Both the position numbers and the translations under genes were made by a program. A stretch of DNA of 64,000 nucleotides from Acanthaster planci (taxonomy: Eukaryota): the NCBI RefSeq assembly GCF_001949145.1, contig NW_019091361.1, forward strand, positions 977,452 to 1,041,451, read 5' to 3'. Below, one piece after another: positions 11,941 to 26,200 of the stretch (the first letter of the stretch is position 1; each line of letters begins with the position of its first letter). The notes beneath the pieces were generated by a model, which worked only from the letters and a program-made list of their open reading frames with translations, was not told the DNA's origin and did no database searches.

Positions 11941-13078
11941 TTAAGGTAGTGTACATGATCTGCAAGATCTAACGTAAGTAAATAATAGTGTCGGACACTC
12001 TCGGAAACTCCACCAGGAATGCCGTCATTTTCGAGATTTTACACTTTCTCCAAAGATTGTCCAGACAAATGACCATTGGAAAATACAATTTCTTCAAATA
12101 CCACAAGTGTTAATGGGCACAATGAAAATGTGTGTGATGCACTGAGCCGTTGGAGTCTATGGAAACGGGTAAAAAACAAACTGCCGATGTGCCTTCAATA
12201 CGCCCAAATTTATTAACGGATAGAGTGACATGTATAACCGTAACTAACAGCCTAAAGGAGAATTTGGATTGATTTGAAATTCAGATTTCTTTATGAAACT
12301 AGGAGTTTACCTCACGTGAATAATATCATCTCGCTATCTTCCCCTAAGATAACAGTGTGGTCCAAACTGAGCAGCATTTTAACATGGCCACTCCTTCAGA
12401 GCTCCGTGGCGAAGCGTGTTTTTCTTGAACAAAATCTGCAACTTTGAGACATTTAGCTTCCCGTTTTTCCAATCACAATATTTTTCGTGCCTAAAAGCAA
12501 GGATAGTTACCACACTTGTCGATTTATAAAGTGTTTATGATGTGCACTGACGGCGTGCGGACGGTTTTTGACCGACATACGTGTGAACAGGGAACAATGA
12601 CTGTTCACTGTGCGGTTGATTGTACATGCACATGTGGTTACACAGTGACTGTGGTTACTTCACTGCACGACGAAATGTTATTTATTCGACAAATTCCTAG
12701 TGTTTTCCCAGTGCTACATTGTTGAAGGAGGAAACACAAACTTTGAAGGTAAATTTGCTGACCACTACCGCTGCATAAAACCGTGGCAAAAATAAAACAT
12801 TTTTAAGGCCATAATTGGTCTGTAGATCAACCACGCCTGTGCACTGTCCAGACACTCACGAATGTCCTGTGGCCCATGGATATTTGCAAGACAAATTACA
12901 CGAGCTGTGCTTTGAGTATTAAAAATGAACAGTGTTTTTCTAAAATTTTCTCAAAGCAGTGAACTCAAAAAATGAAACATGTTCGTGAAATGATAATGTT
13001 AATAAAATGTTAATAAAAAACCCAAATCGGTCATTTTTGACAAATTGCTGTACATGCAAATCATGTATACTACCTTCA
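11941..13078. mobile_element. About 1.1-kb non-autonomous DNA transposon (Kolobok-like: TTAA site, GG termini)
   Basis: Left end TT-AAGGTAGTGTACATGATCTGCA. Right end TGCAAATCATGTATACTACCTT, a 20/22 inverted match. No internal transposase ORF. Confidence 0.65.
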
Positions 13079-14163
13079 AAACAAGCAAACAGAAATCTAG
13101 GATTATAATGCTCAATTCAAATCAAGCAGTTGACGAATAATCTATTGGTTGTACATATAAGCCAAACTGGGTTTTATACATGTAACCTGCTGTACTGGAA
13201 ACCTTACTATTTAAAAAACAAAACAAAAAACAACTTTACTCCATGTTCACAATATCACTTAGGGTTCTCACCTATGCAGATCTGTAAAGTCATTATTACG
13301 GCTGGGATAATATCATAGTGCTGTCCAGAGATAAGGGAGATGGTGGAATTCATTGCTTGGCACCAATTCATTGGTAATAAAGTCATGTGTTTTGCACCAA
13401 GACCTAACCCATGAATATCCATGGCCCTTTTCATCACAAGGTTTAACACACTGTGCAACTAGGCTTTTATAGATAACAGGATATGGGGTAGCGCGGACAT
13501 CCGGAAGTTTCACAAAAATATGGGTAGCAACCACACTGTGCCGGTGAAAACAACTGCAACGAGCGAGCGCGTACGTACAGATCAAAGAAAAGATTGTATA
13601 ACCCGATCCTCGGACTGGCTGGTGCATGCGTACGTTGCCAAGATTGCTGTTTTCACCGGCGCAGCAACTGTCATTTTGCGAGAATCCCAGATGTCCGCGC
13701 TGACCCATAAGGTTTATGCTAGTCACACAAGACACAGCTAGCAATAGCCTCGGACACCAGAAAAGCATGGTATAAAGCACACTTCAAATGGCTTCAACAG
13801 TTACAGAGATTAGTCAATTATGCATTCAAATGGCAACACTGACTATAAACTGTACCGCTCATCTGTTGCTTGGTCTGGGGTTTGACTGTAAAACCTACAG
13901 CATGGACGTAGAGGAGGCAAAAGTAACACCGACTAGATCGCAGGAACTACACATCACAAGGGAGGGATCGACAGACGGACCTCTGGTTGGATATCAGTTC
14001 CAATGCTCCAGCATCGCCACCTTGATTACCTTGCTGACTACTCACATCGTCCAGACTGAGGCAATGGTGCCGTGAGTTGCAATTGTAACTGAAATTACAG
14101 GGGGAGGAGTTTATCTTGGTTGTGAACTCTACGTCACACTGAAAAATCCCTGTTTTTCTTTCG

Positions 14164-14179
14164 TCACATACCCCCAGCA

Positions 14180-14213
<34 letters not shown>

Positions 14214-17200
14214 TCAGCCTGATCTCCTGCAGGTTTCTACACACCCACTCGGCAATGATCTGTTTGTTGCCGTCATCGTAGGCCCTGATGAACGCGTGGT
14301 GCAGTAAGGCTTCTGGCGTCGGTCGGTCGTTGGGGTTCTTCCGCATGCTGGTAAGGGCGAAAAGCATTTCAGATCAACTGTGATAAACCAAGCCGAAGTG
14401 GTACCAATTTGGGGTAAATATTTCTGGGGTCCTTTTACCAAACATGTCGAAAGGCACTGACACTGTCAATAATCAAACACATTCCTGTCTCCGAGTTAAA
14501 ATGGCCGTCCCAGGCAGTAAAAGAACAGAGTAGCAAGGATAACATCATCAAAACGAGTTCAAGTTTTTCTAAATGAAAAATGGTCTGTATTATTTGAAAC
14601 TTCACTTACCACTGGGCTACAAAATCCACAAATGCTTCTGAAAAACTATCCCTCGGCAACGATGGAGGTGCCTGTGACCACAAAAAATGATAGCATGTAA
14701 GCTTGGGTAACAAAATAAATTGTTATTCCTGCCAGGTATAGAGTACCGAAGTGAATACGTCACACGCACAATTAGCGTGTAAAAGGCATTAGTGCGAGAA
14801 CCAGCCCGTGAGCCAACACGTGCGCGTACTCCATTCGTTTGCACTGCACTTTCTGATTCACAGTGACGTCACACTTCGGTACTCTATTGACTGTCCACGC
14901 ACTTGTTAGAAAAATGTGACACTTCAAACACTAGCGGCACTAGCAAGAATCCGTCCACTTACATGTACTGCTTAACGCGTTGGGTACAAACTATTCAAGA
15001 AATTTACAGATTAACTCACCTCATGTACAATGCACTGTAGCAAGTCTATGGCCTGTGAATATTAAAAAAATGAAATAACGAAGTAGTTTTTGAGTTGTAG
15101 ACAAACAATTGGTAATGAAAAAGCATGTGCTTCAGACTAGATAACTGTCAGAGGGAAAGTTATTATTTCAAATTATAAACCTATTTAACCCCTTGACGAC
15201 GGGAATTTCTTCCCNTTACGCGGTGAAAAGGCTGATTGTTCAGTGGCATGCAGCTCTACTCACCGTTCCACATTCCCCTTGCCTCTTTTCAAAGTGGGGA
15301 CTATTGTGAGGCTGGTGATTATGATGCAAAATCGGTCTTTTCATTTCTGGGCTACATACAAAGACCAATTACCATACATACAAGAGCCAGGGTCTACCTT
15401 CTTTCACCATGTTCGCTCGAAGGTGGGCCGAGAATAATAGCTGAAAAGTGGACTGAGGATCTCTATTTTTACGGCGGATTTTGCCGCCTCCCAGTGCGAA
15501 GGGGTTAATAAAATTTGCTAAGAAACACTGCAAACTTACCGACAGTTCATTCTCCCTTGGTGTAACCTGTACGACAAAAACATAAGACATGAATTTCAAC
15601 ATAGGAGCTAAAGGGGTAAAGTACAAGTACATGATGGAGAACTTGCTTTTTAGAGATCAGCACACGCTATGTCTAAACGTTCCACAATTCATGATCTCCA
15701 CTGGTTTCCCCTCTTCAATCACCCTTCTGAATCCTGCAAACTCCTCCACTGTGAACCAGAGCATTTCTGCTATTACTTTCAAGAATCAACAAAAGCCGAC
15801 GTTAAGTTAATTGCCCGGTGGTGATCTACTCGCCTAAATTCCTCAAAGACCTCTGAAACCTCCCATTTGACCTGAGAAACAGGAGCTTTTCACTTCACTG
15901 TCCACCTCTGATGACCACAGATCAGACCACTTGAAATTGGTAATTACACTTCAATGGTTGACTGGTTAGTTACTCCCTATTACATTCGATTGCCAGAGTT
16001 TTCAACATAAAAGAAATATTTTTGTCCCACATCTAAAAAAGAAATCTTAATCGTGTAAAGGATTTTGAAGCCATGACATAGCACAGAGATACATGTACAA
16101 CTCAAAAATAGCTAACTGCCAAAAAATCAAATAAATAAATTATCTGAGAAATTTAGTCAAATTACAAATAATGTTTCAGGAAATAATGACTTACTGGGTA
16201 TGGAAATCTGCCCGTTGCCATCTAGAAGAAATAAAATATACATGTAAAATCTTCCTAGTACCCTGTGCACCCACAAAATATTCACAGTCTGTCTTTACCT
16301 ACTGATTCATTCAAAGATGCTTCCGTTGTGCCATGTAAAATTTTGATGTTGTAATTACGACAGGGACTTGAATTATCCTGCGGCTATACGTGTCAGCATC
16401 AATCAATTATTTAGACGTGCTCCACTTTTCACTACAAACTACCCGCCAGCGAGTTCGGGTCCAATAGCTATGAAAAGTTAATGTCCTAAATTTCCCATAG
16501 CTTACATGAATGAAACATGATTGACAACCCTACTACTCCACAACAATACCTTGTAAATACCCATCCATCATACACAAACGTGTTTCTCACTATCAAGGGA
16601 AAAGTGTTACACAATATGAGCACATCACCCATTTAACAGCAAAACCTTTAACACAAAATTGGCTTTTGGAATCACTGTACCTCAAGGAGAAATACGCCAA
16701 GACTCCAAACCTCTGAATGTACACCATACTGGTCTCCCTTCACTCGCTCTGGCTAAACAAAGAAAGAAACGTCACATGATGCTGTAGAATGCCAGAGAAA
16801 ACTCAAACTGATCAGGTTGATATTAGAGACATCAGTGTCAGCTAGGATGGGCTATTAACCACTTGCTGCCCGCTGGATTTTTCTAGAGCAAGACAAGATG
16901 CCGGGTTCTTTTCCAGATTTTCCGTTTTCGAAATTCTTCAAAAATTCATCATCTCATTTAATGGCCGTTTATACCCACATGAAGGACTCTTTGGGACTAC
17001 TCTAAAGCTGACAGGTGACCTTCATTGACTCCTGAATATTTCAGCCAGGCCTGCAGCCTTGGAAAAAGAGCCCAGATTGTGCGGTGTTACTTAAGATTCT
17101 TCTGTTCCCGAAACCGGCACAGTGCACTGCTGACCTATTTTCAATAGGGGCCACATTAGCGTGCAGCAGTGCTGTGTGGCTCATTGCTGCAGTGGTGGAG

Positions 17201-20200
17201 AGCTTTTGTCCCCGGTGGTAGTCCACTCGCTCTAAATGCCTCGAACTGTGGTATACTGTTTCAAAACAAGGCTGGATTATCTTCACTACTGAGAGCGAAA
17301 AAATGTTGGTAATGCCCAGCAGCTCAGTCTTTTGTGCTGAGCACGGTCTTTTGTTATATGGCCCAACTCTTTTGTCCCAGTTCCGGGCTCCCCGGCTCTG
17401 CATATAAAGCCTATGTACTCGAAAACGGGTCACCCGGCAGGAAGTGGTTAAAAAGCATACTCACTTCTGAAGTTAACAGGGCAAGTGAATGAGGAATCAA
17501 GCAACTACTGAACCTTTATAAAAATGCGTCACCCACCATTCCAAAAACCAGGCTGAAGTACACATAATTATATTGATGTTTGACAAGTCCTCTGCAAGCC
17601 ATAATTTTTCAGGCTTCAGAGTGATCCAAGATGCAAATCTGGTCTGTAGAAAGCTTTGGTAGTTATGGGCAGCGAAAGTTGAGGAATTTGCATTGTTCAC
17701 ATGTAACATGGACACATATGTCTTTCATCCATTTGTTCTGTGTTTGTGTGGATTCCTGTCGCGTGGAGGCACTAATGTGAACAAACAAATTCATTGCAAG
17801 GAGAATGTATCAAAGCAATAGGTATTCTGTGAACAGCACACGTTGCTAAATTCAGAGAGACTTACTGCCATGTATGCGTTGGTTCCGACATACGTCTTAG
17901 TGATAGAATTCACGAGTTGAGCACTGACACCAAAGTCACACAGCTTGACTTCACCTTGAGTGTTGACCAGGATATTGGAAGGCTTGACATCTACAGGGAA
18001 AAACTGAATACTTATGAACCAGTTAAGGAGAGGACTTCCAGCAAGTCTGCTTGGGATATTAAACACCCTTAGTAGGCAGGTACGTTTGTGGTGATGTTAA
18101 CTTTCACACTAGTCTACACTGCAGGACAGGTTGTATGAGCGTCAATGGCTTCTCAAAATACAGGGAGGGGGGTTGGGTCACACCAGCATACTGTACCTAC
18201 GTTATAGAGGCATAGATGTATGTGGTGATATCAAGATCACAGTTAAGTGCAAGGGGGTCCAACATGTGCTCCTTCCTAATGCTTTACCAATAACACTCGG
18301 ACTTGAACCCTAAACTGTACGGGAATGCAGTTATGAAGGTTGTATTGCTGTTCAAAAGAAGTCCCTTCCCAAGGACCCTTTTTCTTTTTCTATCCTTATA
18401 AATCATTTATGCTAGCATCATCAATGATTTTGTTAGAATTTCTTTGAAACGTGTTTTTCACTTTAGTTAAATAACACTATTTTTAAAAAAGCAGCAATAT
18501 TATTTCATATCTGGTACTTACCTCTATGCATGATCTTCAAACTCCAAAGGTATGTCAATCCTTTGACGACCTGTCATTGTAGAAAGAAGAGCACAGGAGA
18601 CAGATGGACGGGACAGGTTTTGTTAGCACGTGTGGAATCAGCCGATTAAATCTCTCTATTCTTTGATATACATGTACATGTAATTGTAGAGTCAAGTTCA
18701 ATCATTTCCTCAAGTCACACCAATTTATTTCACGTGGTTCATACAATGGTCTTCACAGTCGACATTTATTAGAAAATGTCACGCCATCCAAAACCATTCT
18801 GTTTGAATGACCTGTATTGCCTCTTACAAAATACACAACGACGATTTCAATTGGGCGGGCACGTCACAATGAAGCAACATTAGTGAGGCAATATTCAGCA
18901 ACATCTAAAAATAGTGACTGTTTAATGCATAAATGCATGTACGAAAATGCATTCCATAGATTCCAAAGCAGTTTGATGAAAAGGGGTAGATTCTCATTGC
19001 TGTTTGGCCCAGAAACCCAGTTAATAGGTTTCCCATGCAAAATTCCTCCATAGAGGCCTGACCAGATACATCACATGCAGCATGTGTGTTTTGATGTACT
19101 CATATATCAAGGCAGGGCATACTTACAGAAACAGTAATTCTTCCCAGGAGATTTTCAGGAATGCAATGGTACATCTCTAATGAACCACCTAAAGCAGTAA
19201 GGCCCCAAAGCAAACAGTAAATGTTTAAGCAAATACTCAAAGAGATCTTTTTAGCTACCGTACGTGTACAATGTGCAGCAATGCAGCTCGCACTATGAAC
19301 TTTCAAAACCGTGAAAATGCAGTTTGGCCATTAAATCATGGTGAAATTTTTTCAAGGCAATGTAAGACCGTTCTCACAGTGGAAAGTAGAGCAGCTTGGG
19401 GGCGATTGCAATTGCTCCACAGGTAACTACAGGTGTACATGTATGTACATGTAGGTAACTATGTCTTTGTTGAGTTAGCAAGGTTCTGAAAAGAGAATGT
19501 GGGCCTGTGGACCTTATATGTTTCACAAAAGGCTTTGAAGAATGTGAACATTTCTAGATGTTGCATGTACTACAAGATAAGAGGTAACTTTCTGAAGAAT
19601 TTCAATAAACGCAATAAAATAAAGAAGTCGACTTTAAGGCAGTTTTAAAGCATCACAATTTGATTAATAATGACAGAATCTACACTCTTAATTGGCCACT
19701 TTGTAGTGGACATGCCCATGATCAGGCCAGATAATCTTTCTTCCGATACTTCTGCATGTACGTTGCCATGTAGGTTTTGGAATGTAAAAGAAAGAATTCT
19801 AAACTACGAATTAAAATTATGATGTGTTGACTTCTAGTGCAAGTGATTCTTTGTGAAAAGACAGTTCAGAACAGATTCTTGGGCACAAAGTGTAAAATAT
19901 TCAAATTACAATGCAAAATAAAAGAAATTCTTTGAAAGATGTAAACATTCAAAATTTGAGAAAAAACTGCGTCAGTGGCAAGTACATGCCTTTATTCAGT
20001 TTTGGAGCTTGATTACAGCTAAAATGACACGGTTATACAACAGGGAAACCATGACTCATTTTGTTCAAAGTAGATCTCATTTTACATTCAGGACACACAA
20101 AGCAATCCAGAGATGGGTCTCATCTCGTGACTTACCATCCATAAATTCTGTACATATTGATATTCTATTCTCGGTGAAGAAAGCTCCATAGAAGCCAATG

Positions 20201-23200
20201 ATGAAAGGGGAGTCACACTGTCAAATGAAAACAGATTAAAAATACATAAGAATTGCACATATATTTGTGGGCTTCACAAGAGCAATTCTTTGAGTTGATT
20301 TCCAAAAGTATGAGTACTTTTTAAAAGCAATCTGATATATTTCGAAAGAATTCTAATGGTGAATTCCTCGAGACATGCCTTATTCAAACATTATTTCAGG
20401 TGTTGCAATTTGTGGTTACCATTGTACATTCTTTACTTTGCTGACATTTCTTCTTTTTGCCACCAACCAAGAATAAACAAATTTTTCACTCATTTCAAAA
20501 TGACAGGGCAATTCCGTCTCCATAAATACATGCACATTAAGTGTTCCAAAATTTCCTTAAATTTGCCTGGTGCTCTTCTGGAAAGTGTTTCCGGTTGGAA
20601 AAAGGATAAGTATTAAGATGGGTGAAACCATTTACGCAGATACAATAACAAAATAACTTTAAGATACCCATTGCTTCATTCGTGTATTTTAAAATAGTGA
20701 AGGGATAACACCCAAAAGAACTAGTTAAGTTTTGAACACGTATATTCTGTAAGTGAACATACACATGTACATGTACATGTAATGTACATATAACAGCTTG
20801 ATTGTCATTGGAAATGGAACCCGTAACAAGAGGATGGCATCATTCATCACATGCAAAGGCGCCTTCAAATCATGCTGTATCAGGACTACAGGATATCGAC
20901 ACCAGAATCTGTTGGCCAATCAGAGCCTCTACATGCCAATCAAGCAACACCCCCCTCGGATGAGAGTGTAGAAGTCCGACTGCACTGCGAGGTGGGATAC
21001 AAACATCTGTGTATCCAGGCACAGTTGCCAACACTGTATCACTGCCATCCGACGGTGAAAAAAAAAGAAGACACAAACGGCAGGAAAGCCTACAGCAGAG
21101 CAGCATAGCCTTTCTGCCTCAAGATTCATCGTTGCAGCCAGATGCCCAATTATTACTGAGTGTAAAGAGACACTGAAGAGGCTCGGACATCTGACAGAGG
21201 CTTTTTTCTTTCCTCCCCTCTCTTGAGTCCCGAGCCAATTGTCATTTCATTAAGAGTGAGGCAGGCGGCTCTTCATCTATCTGTCATCAGTGCAGGAAGC
21301 ATTATTGTCAGAGCTTCAGATTGCCCGGTACCTGGCTAAGACTGGCCTGCAATACGAGGTAAGGATCGATAGTATGAGCAGCTCCAACAAACCAAGGAAT
21401 GCACATGAAATCAAACTTCCTCAGCTCAGCATTGTACAAATCTTTACTACGACTGATCTTGTATGTAGGATATCCAAACTAGTTGGAAACCCAATATGCA
21501 GCGTAGGGATTTCTTAGACACAGTTGTTTGAAAGATCTATTAGTCTGTTTCTTTTTGGTCCAAAATCTTGCCTCTTTACAATTCTTGTAACTATTCAGAG
21601 CCAAGTATCGATGCATGTAGATCAGAGAAAGGGTTGTTAACAAGATGTTTGTTCTTGTTTACTCTTGGTCACATTGATGACTTGATGAAAAAGTTGCTGT
21701 TTGAGTTAACTTCCGAGTACCATACATGTACTAGTACCTTTATGTATGGAATAACAAATTATTCAGATTTATCTTGAAAATGTACATGTATGGTTATTAC
21801 CAACTCTACACACAGTCATTTTCCACCACTTTTGAATATTTACAAAATGCAAGGCCACATGTCTCTGCAGTTCTTTAAGACACACGTTGTCACAAAACAG
21901 CCGGACAATTTAGACCTCTTTTTGAAAGAGCAAGCGTAGAAGAGGCACACTCCTTGCATCACTGAGAAACCAACTGACTGACATATTAAGAGCCTTGCTA
22001 GAAATCCTACAGGATATTTGGCAGCAGCAGCAGTGGAGTGATAAATTTCTTGAGGTTTTCTTCTCTGGCAATGAACGTGATCAACAGTGATCAACAAAAA
22101 TGGCATTATTGCAGGCAGCACAGTTTGTGCACAGTGTACGACAAAAACGTGACACAAACACAACTTTGCATCAGGCTCAGTCCAAAAATCTCAGTCGGAA
22201 TAGAAGAAAGTGGTTGTGTAACTTTCATCACATGTATCGGTATTCATTTTATGGACCCATATTAAAAATGAGAATCTGCAGATCTACTTGACGCCTATTA
22301 TAAGGAAAAGACGCATAAGGCTGTGAAAACAATTACATGTACTGTAGCTTCCATCTTTTTGACCAATCACATTTCTTTGCTCCCCTTCCTCAAATATCAT
22401 AAATATCCAGTCCATGGTATTCAAAAGAAACTTCGAAATATTCCTATTTGAAAATATTTGTCTACAAAAAAATGAACACTAAATGTACAGCAATTGACCT
22501 TGGACTCTAAGGTAACTCCACCCAACAAAAATTAGGTCCAAACAATTGCAGGAAATTCTGATCGTCCTCTGACCACGCACTACCAACTCGTAACAATGCA
22601 CATTTATGACTGTCTACAGAGCTCCCATGAATCCCCAATCATACGAGCCTAGATCACCATTTGACGGCCTTCATTCACCACAATGATTACATTCCTTCAG
22701 AATCTCCTCCCTCTATCATTTCGCTGCTAGGATTCACACGCAAACCCTAACTGCTGACAAACGCTAATTCCCAGTCTGCAACGAAACTCCCTTGGGAGAT
22801 GGAACAGGCAGGGTGGCATGGCGGCAACTCAATCCCAGCCGCAGTTAAATGGCTCGCGACTGATTTGCAACAATTGCGGGCAACATTACACTGCGTTACA
22901 CTTGCGTACTTAATAGGCCAGGAGTCGGACGGGCGTCAACTGGTAATAAAAACTAACGCATCGGGTGCCGACTAAGAGGTTTGCTCAGTAGAATATATGA
23001 TGCATGTACGTAGTTGTGCAATCATCAAAGCACGAGCAAAACACCCAACAAGTGTAAACCATTCTTCCTCTTTAGTATGGTTCACAGAGATGCCTTTCAG
23101 AAAATGCTGGTCCTACCATGCTTGATTTAGCAGACAACAAAATGGTGAGATCTGGAGGGAACCCTTTTCTAACCGTAAGCCTTGGGCATTGTTATTTGAA

Positions 23201-26200
23201 GCCTGGAACCTCCCCCCCCAGCTGAAAACTACTCTCAAAGTAGACAGACTCTGCACTTCTCATAACCATCAAAACTGAAACAGAATGAGGATTTCATAAC
23301 AGAGTCAATTTGTTACAAATTAATCATCCAAATAGAATCCCCAACACTTCAAATTTTTGTCTGGTAGTTTGTGTCTAGGGCATGTACCTAGAGGGTGTAC
23401 TTTTAAGCTGTGTTTATTGTTGAAAGATGCTGGATGGTTTATTTACTGATATCAAAAAGAAATGTAAACATTTTGGTACACTGGAAAGTTCAGGGGTTGA
23501 TGCATTCACCTTTTTTCCTGAAAGTCTTCGTGTTTACATTGTACAATGTATGTATGTACATGTTCATGTACATGTGTATAGAATCATGAGGGTTTAAAAA
23601 AATCAGAGAAGTAATTTATTCTTCAACCACTGTGCAGGTGAATGCAAGAGGAGAATATTACATGTACAAGCAGAACTTTCAAGATATGAAAGAGGAAGAT
23701 GTCAGGTGATAAAAGTATTGGATGCAAATCTCATTTATATGCACAAGGGTGATAACATGTTCCATTAACAGGGACCTGTTCCACTCAAGAATCCCTCCAA
23801 TATAAATGCAACCTCGAGAGTTGGCATTTCAACTGATAGCCAATATCCATTAATTTGTACGAAGCTCGGCTGTGACCACGAAAACCCTTAATGACTGGCA
23901 AAGCAAAACTGCTGCACACACTCATCCTTCCTCCAAACCCCTCACGGCCGATATCGCTAGATACTTAAATGATATCGTAATTTTATTGAATTGCAAACGT
24001 GATGAAGCACCCGTGGTGAAATCTTGGCCAGTCACCTCCAGGCGCCCGGCTGGCGGGAGGAGGGAGGGAAAGGCTCCGAGAGGGTTCTCATCAAGGCCGC
24101 CTTACTCGGACAGCTAGAGTCACTACACGCACATGCGTCCTAAATGGATGCCGATACATGCAAATGGCATTATAGTTCCTGTCATTACTTCCTACACAAA
24201 TGTACTGGTTAATTATGTACAGGCTGTAGTAATAAATGACTCATCTTCATGCACAGTTTGTACTGTACATGCAGGTGGGACACATCTGCTACACGTACAA
24301 ACAATCTTTCACTGTCCCCCACTACTTTTGCTCTTACTAGTAGTTGTAGGTGTCAGGCATGCAACTCGGACTTTGACAAAAAATCAAACAAATTTCAATC
24401 TTTACGTGCCTTTACACGTTTTTCACTTTTCAATGGCATAAGTGTGAAGTGAAAAACAAGGAAATCAAATGATCCAAGGAAAGGTTACATGCCTGAGGTG
24501 TGGAGTTTCCTACCTGACACAGTTAATCAAGTAACAAAAACTTTCTACAACCTGGTTTTACAGAATGCACATAATTTGATGAATCTGTACCCGAACCAGA
24601 TCACGACAACCTTCCACCCCGAGACTGTAAGTCTTGAGCCCCAAACTGCATATCAAAGTGATTCTACCATTTCATCCAAACACTTTATCCTTTTACACAT
24701 GCATAATTGCCATCATTCGGCTTTACAGATAAATTCTGTAAGCCGAAAAAAAAATCCTTCCCACTTTCTTGAAAGAAATAATAAATTGATTAGGAGCCAT
24801 GCTGCAATTAAATTGGCAAGAATGACTAAGTGCAGATTATGACATGAGTGAGTAATGGCCACTGGTCTAAGTGGAGTGTGTTTGCCTAGGACAAACCGAT
24901 GAACTACAGAAAATATTGACACAATGCCTGCCTGCCAAAAGCCAAAGTGATGCTGCTGACACTCACTCTTTCACAGGACATGGATATCAAATTTCAAAGC
25001 ACACAAGGTTTGAAAAGGTTTTTGAAAATTGCAGTTTGGCATACAGAGAAGGAGGCGGTAATTATCTAGTCTTACAATTAATGACGTGGGGTCAAAATTT
25101 TGATTTCTTATTTATTCAGCATTTGAAAATGTCAGAAATCTTTCAAAACTTTTCTAAAATGTTTAGGAGATTGTACAAAATTTTTAGAAATTCCTCAGGT
25201 TTTGTGTTCATCCCAATTTTATTAATTAGTTTTTTGGGGGATGGAATTTGCCTTTCGGGGTTTTTGTATGCTCCATCTTTGCTTTTCATGTTCCAAGCAA
25301 GGTATAAAGCCTTCATATTGATCCTTTAATTCACCATTTTATGTTCCCTTCTAAATGCTCAAAACTGCAAAATATGAACCGTAATAAGGGATTCCAATAA
25401 AAATGTCACAGCCTCACAGGGCAGAAGATTGGAGGAAAAACGGGCAAGCGACTGCAGCGGACCTAATCCAATAACCTCCCCATCTGACTCAATCTGTGGG
25501 CACCATCTAATCCATCAGCCGGTCTGGTGTCTCCCCGATTGTTGTGATACGACGAGCTTGGTTATTTCCTTTGCATTTGAATTTCTGTTTGGACAAGGTT
25601 CCCCCGTAATCAGCTGGCCTAGTAGTTTCAGAGACGTCGTCCTAGGTCATTTGTAATAAAGTGCCACCGATCATGTATTCATCGATTAAACTGCAGATGT
25701 TTGTGGGACGTGTTTTTTTTTTTTTCAGTTGTGACAGACGGGTGAAGTCGGTGATACCCAAAGAAGTGCTGCAAATATCAATGTTTCCATAGTCACTAAT
25801 GTCAATTTCTTGTCCCCATTTCTGAACTACTTTTTTTCCCTAACTAATACCACATGTACATAAAGAACAACCCCACATAGAAAGAGAACTTTGAATCTGC
25901 AGGGTTTTTCCCACTAACACTGCTCCAAATCCAACAACAATCTTTTCGACATCACAGATCTTAAAACCCTGTACAGTAAGTGCCATTTACTCTAATGACT
26001 AGTGCTGTTTATGATACAATTTCTCTATTTCTGCATATTTTCCTTTAGTCTGTTTATGTTGCTCTGAAGAAAAATCCAAAATGAACAGACGACCTTCATA
26101 AATAAATATCTGTAAAAGCTAGTTTTACTATTTTTGTAAGACTGTAAAAGAATTCTAAATGTGCAGAACAATGTAGCATTTGGGTTTTTTTAAATGGACC

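Noticed and set aside
9000..14100. Additional gene between SRFBP1 and MAP2K5
   Set aside because: Only short low-complexity ORFs with no coherent exon chain. Consistent with 3' UTR and repeat sequence.
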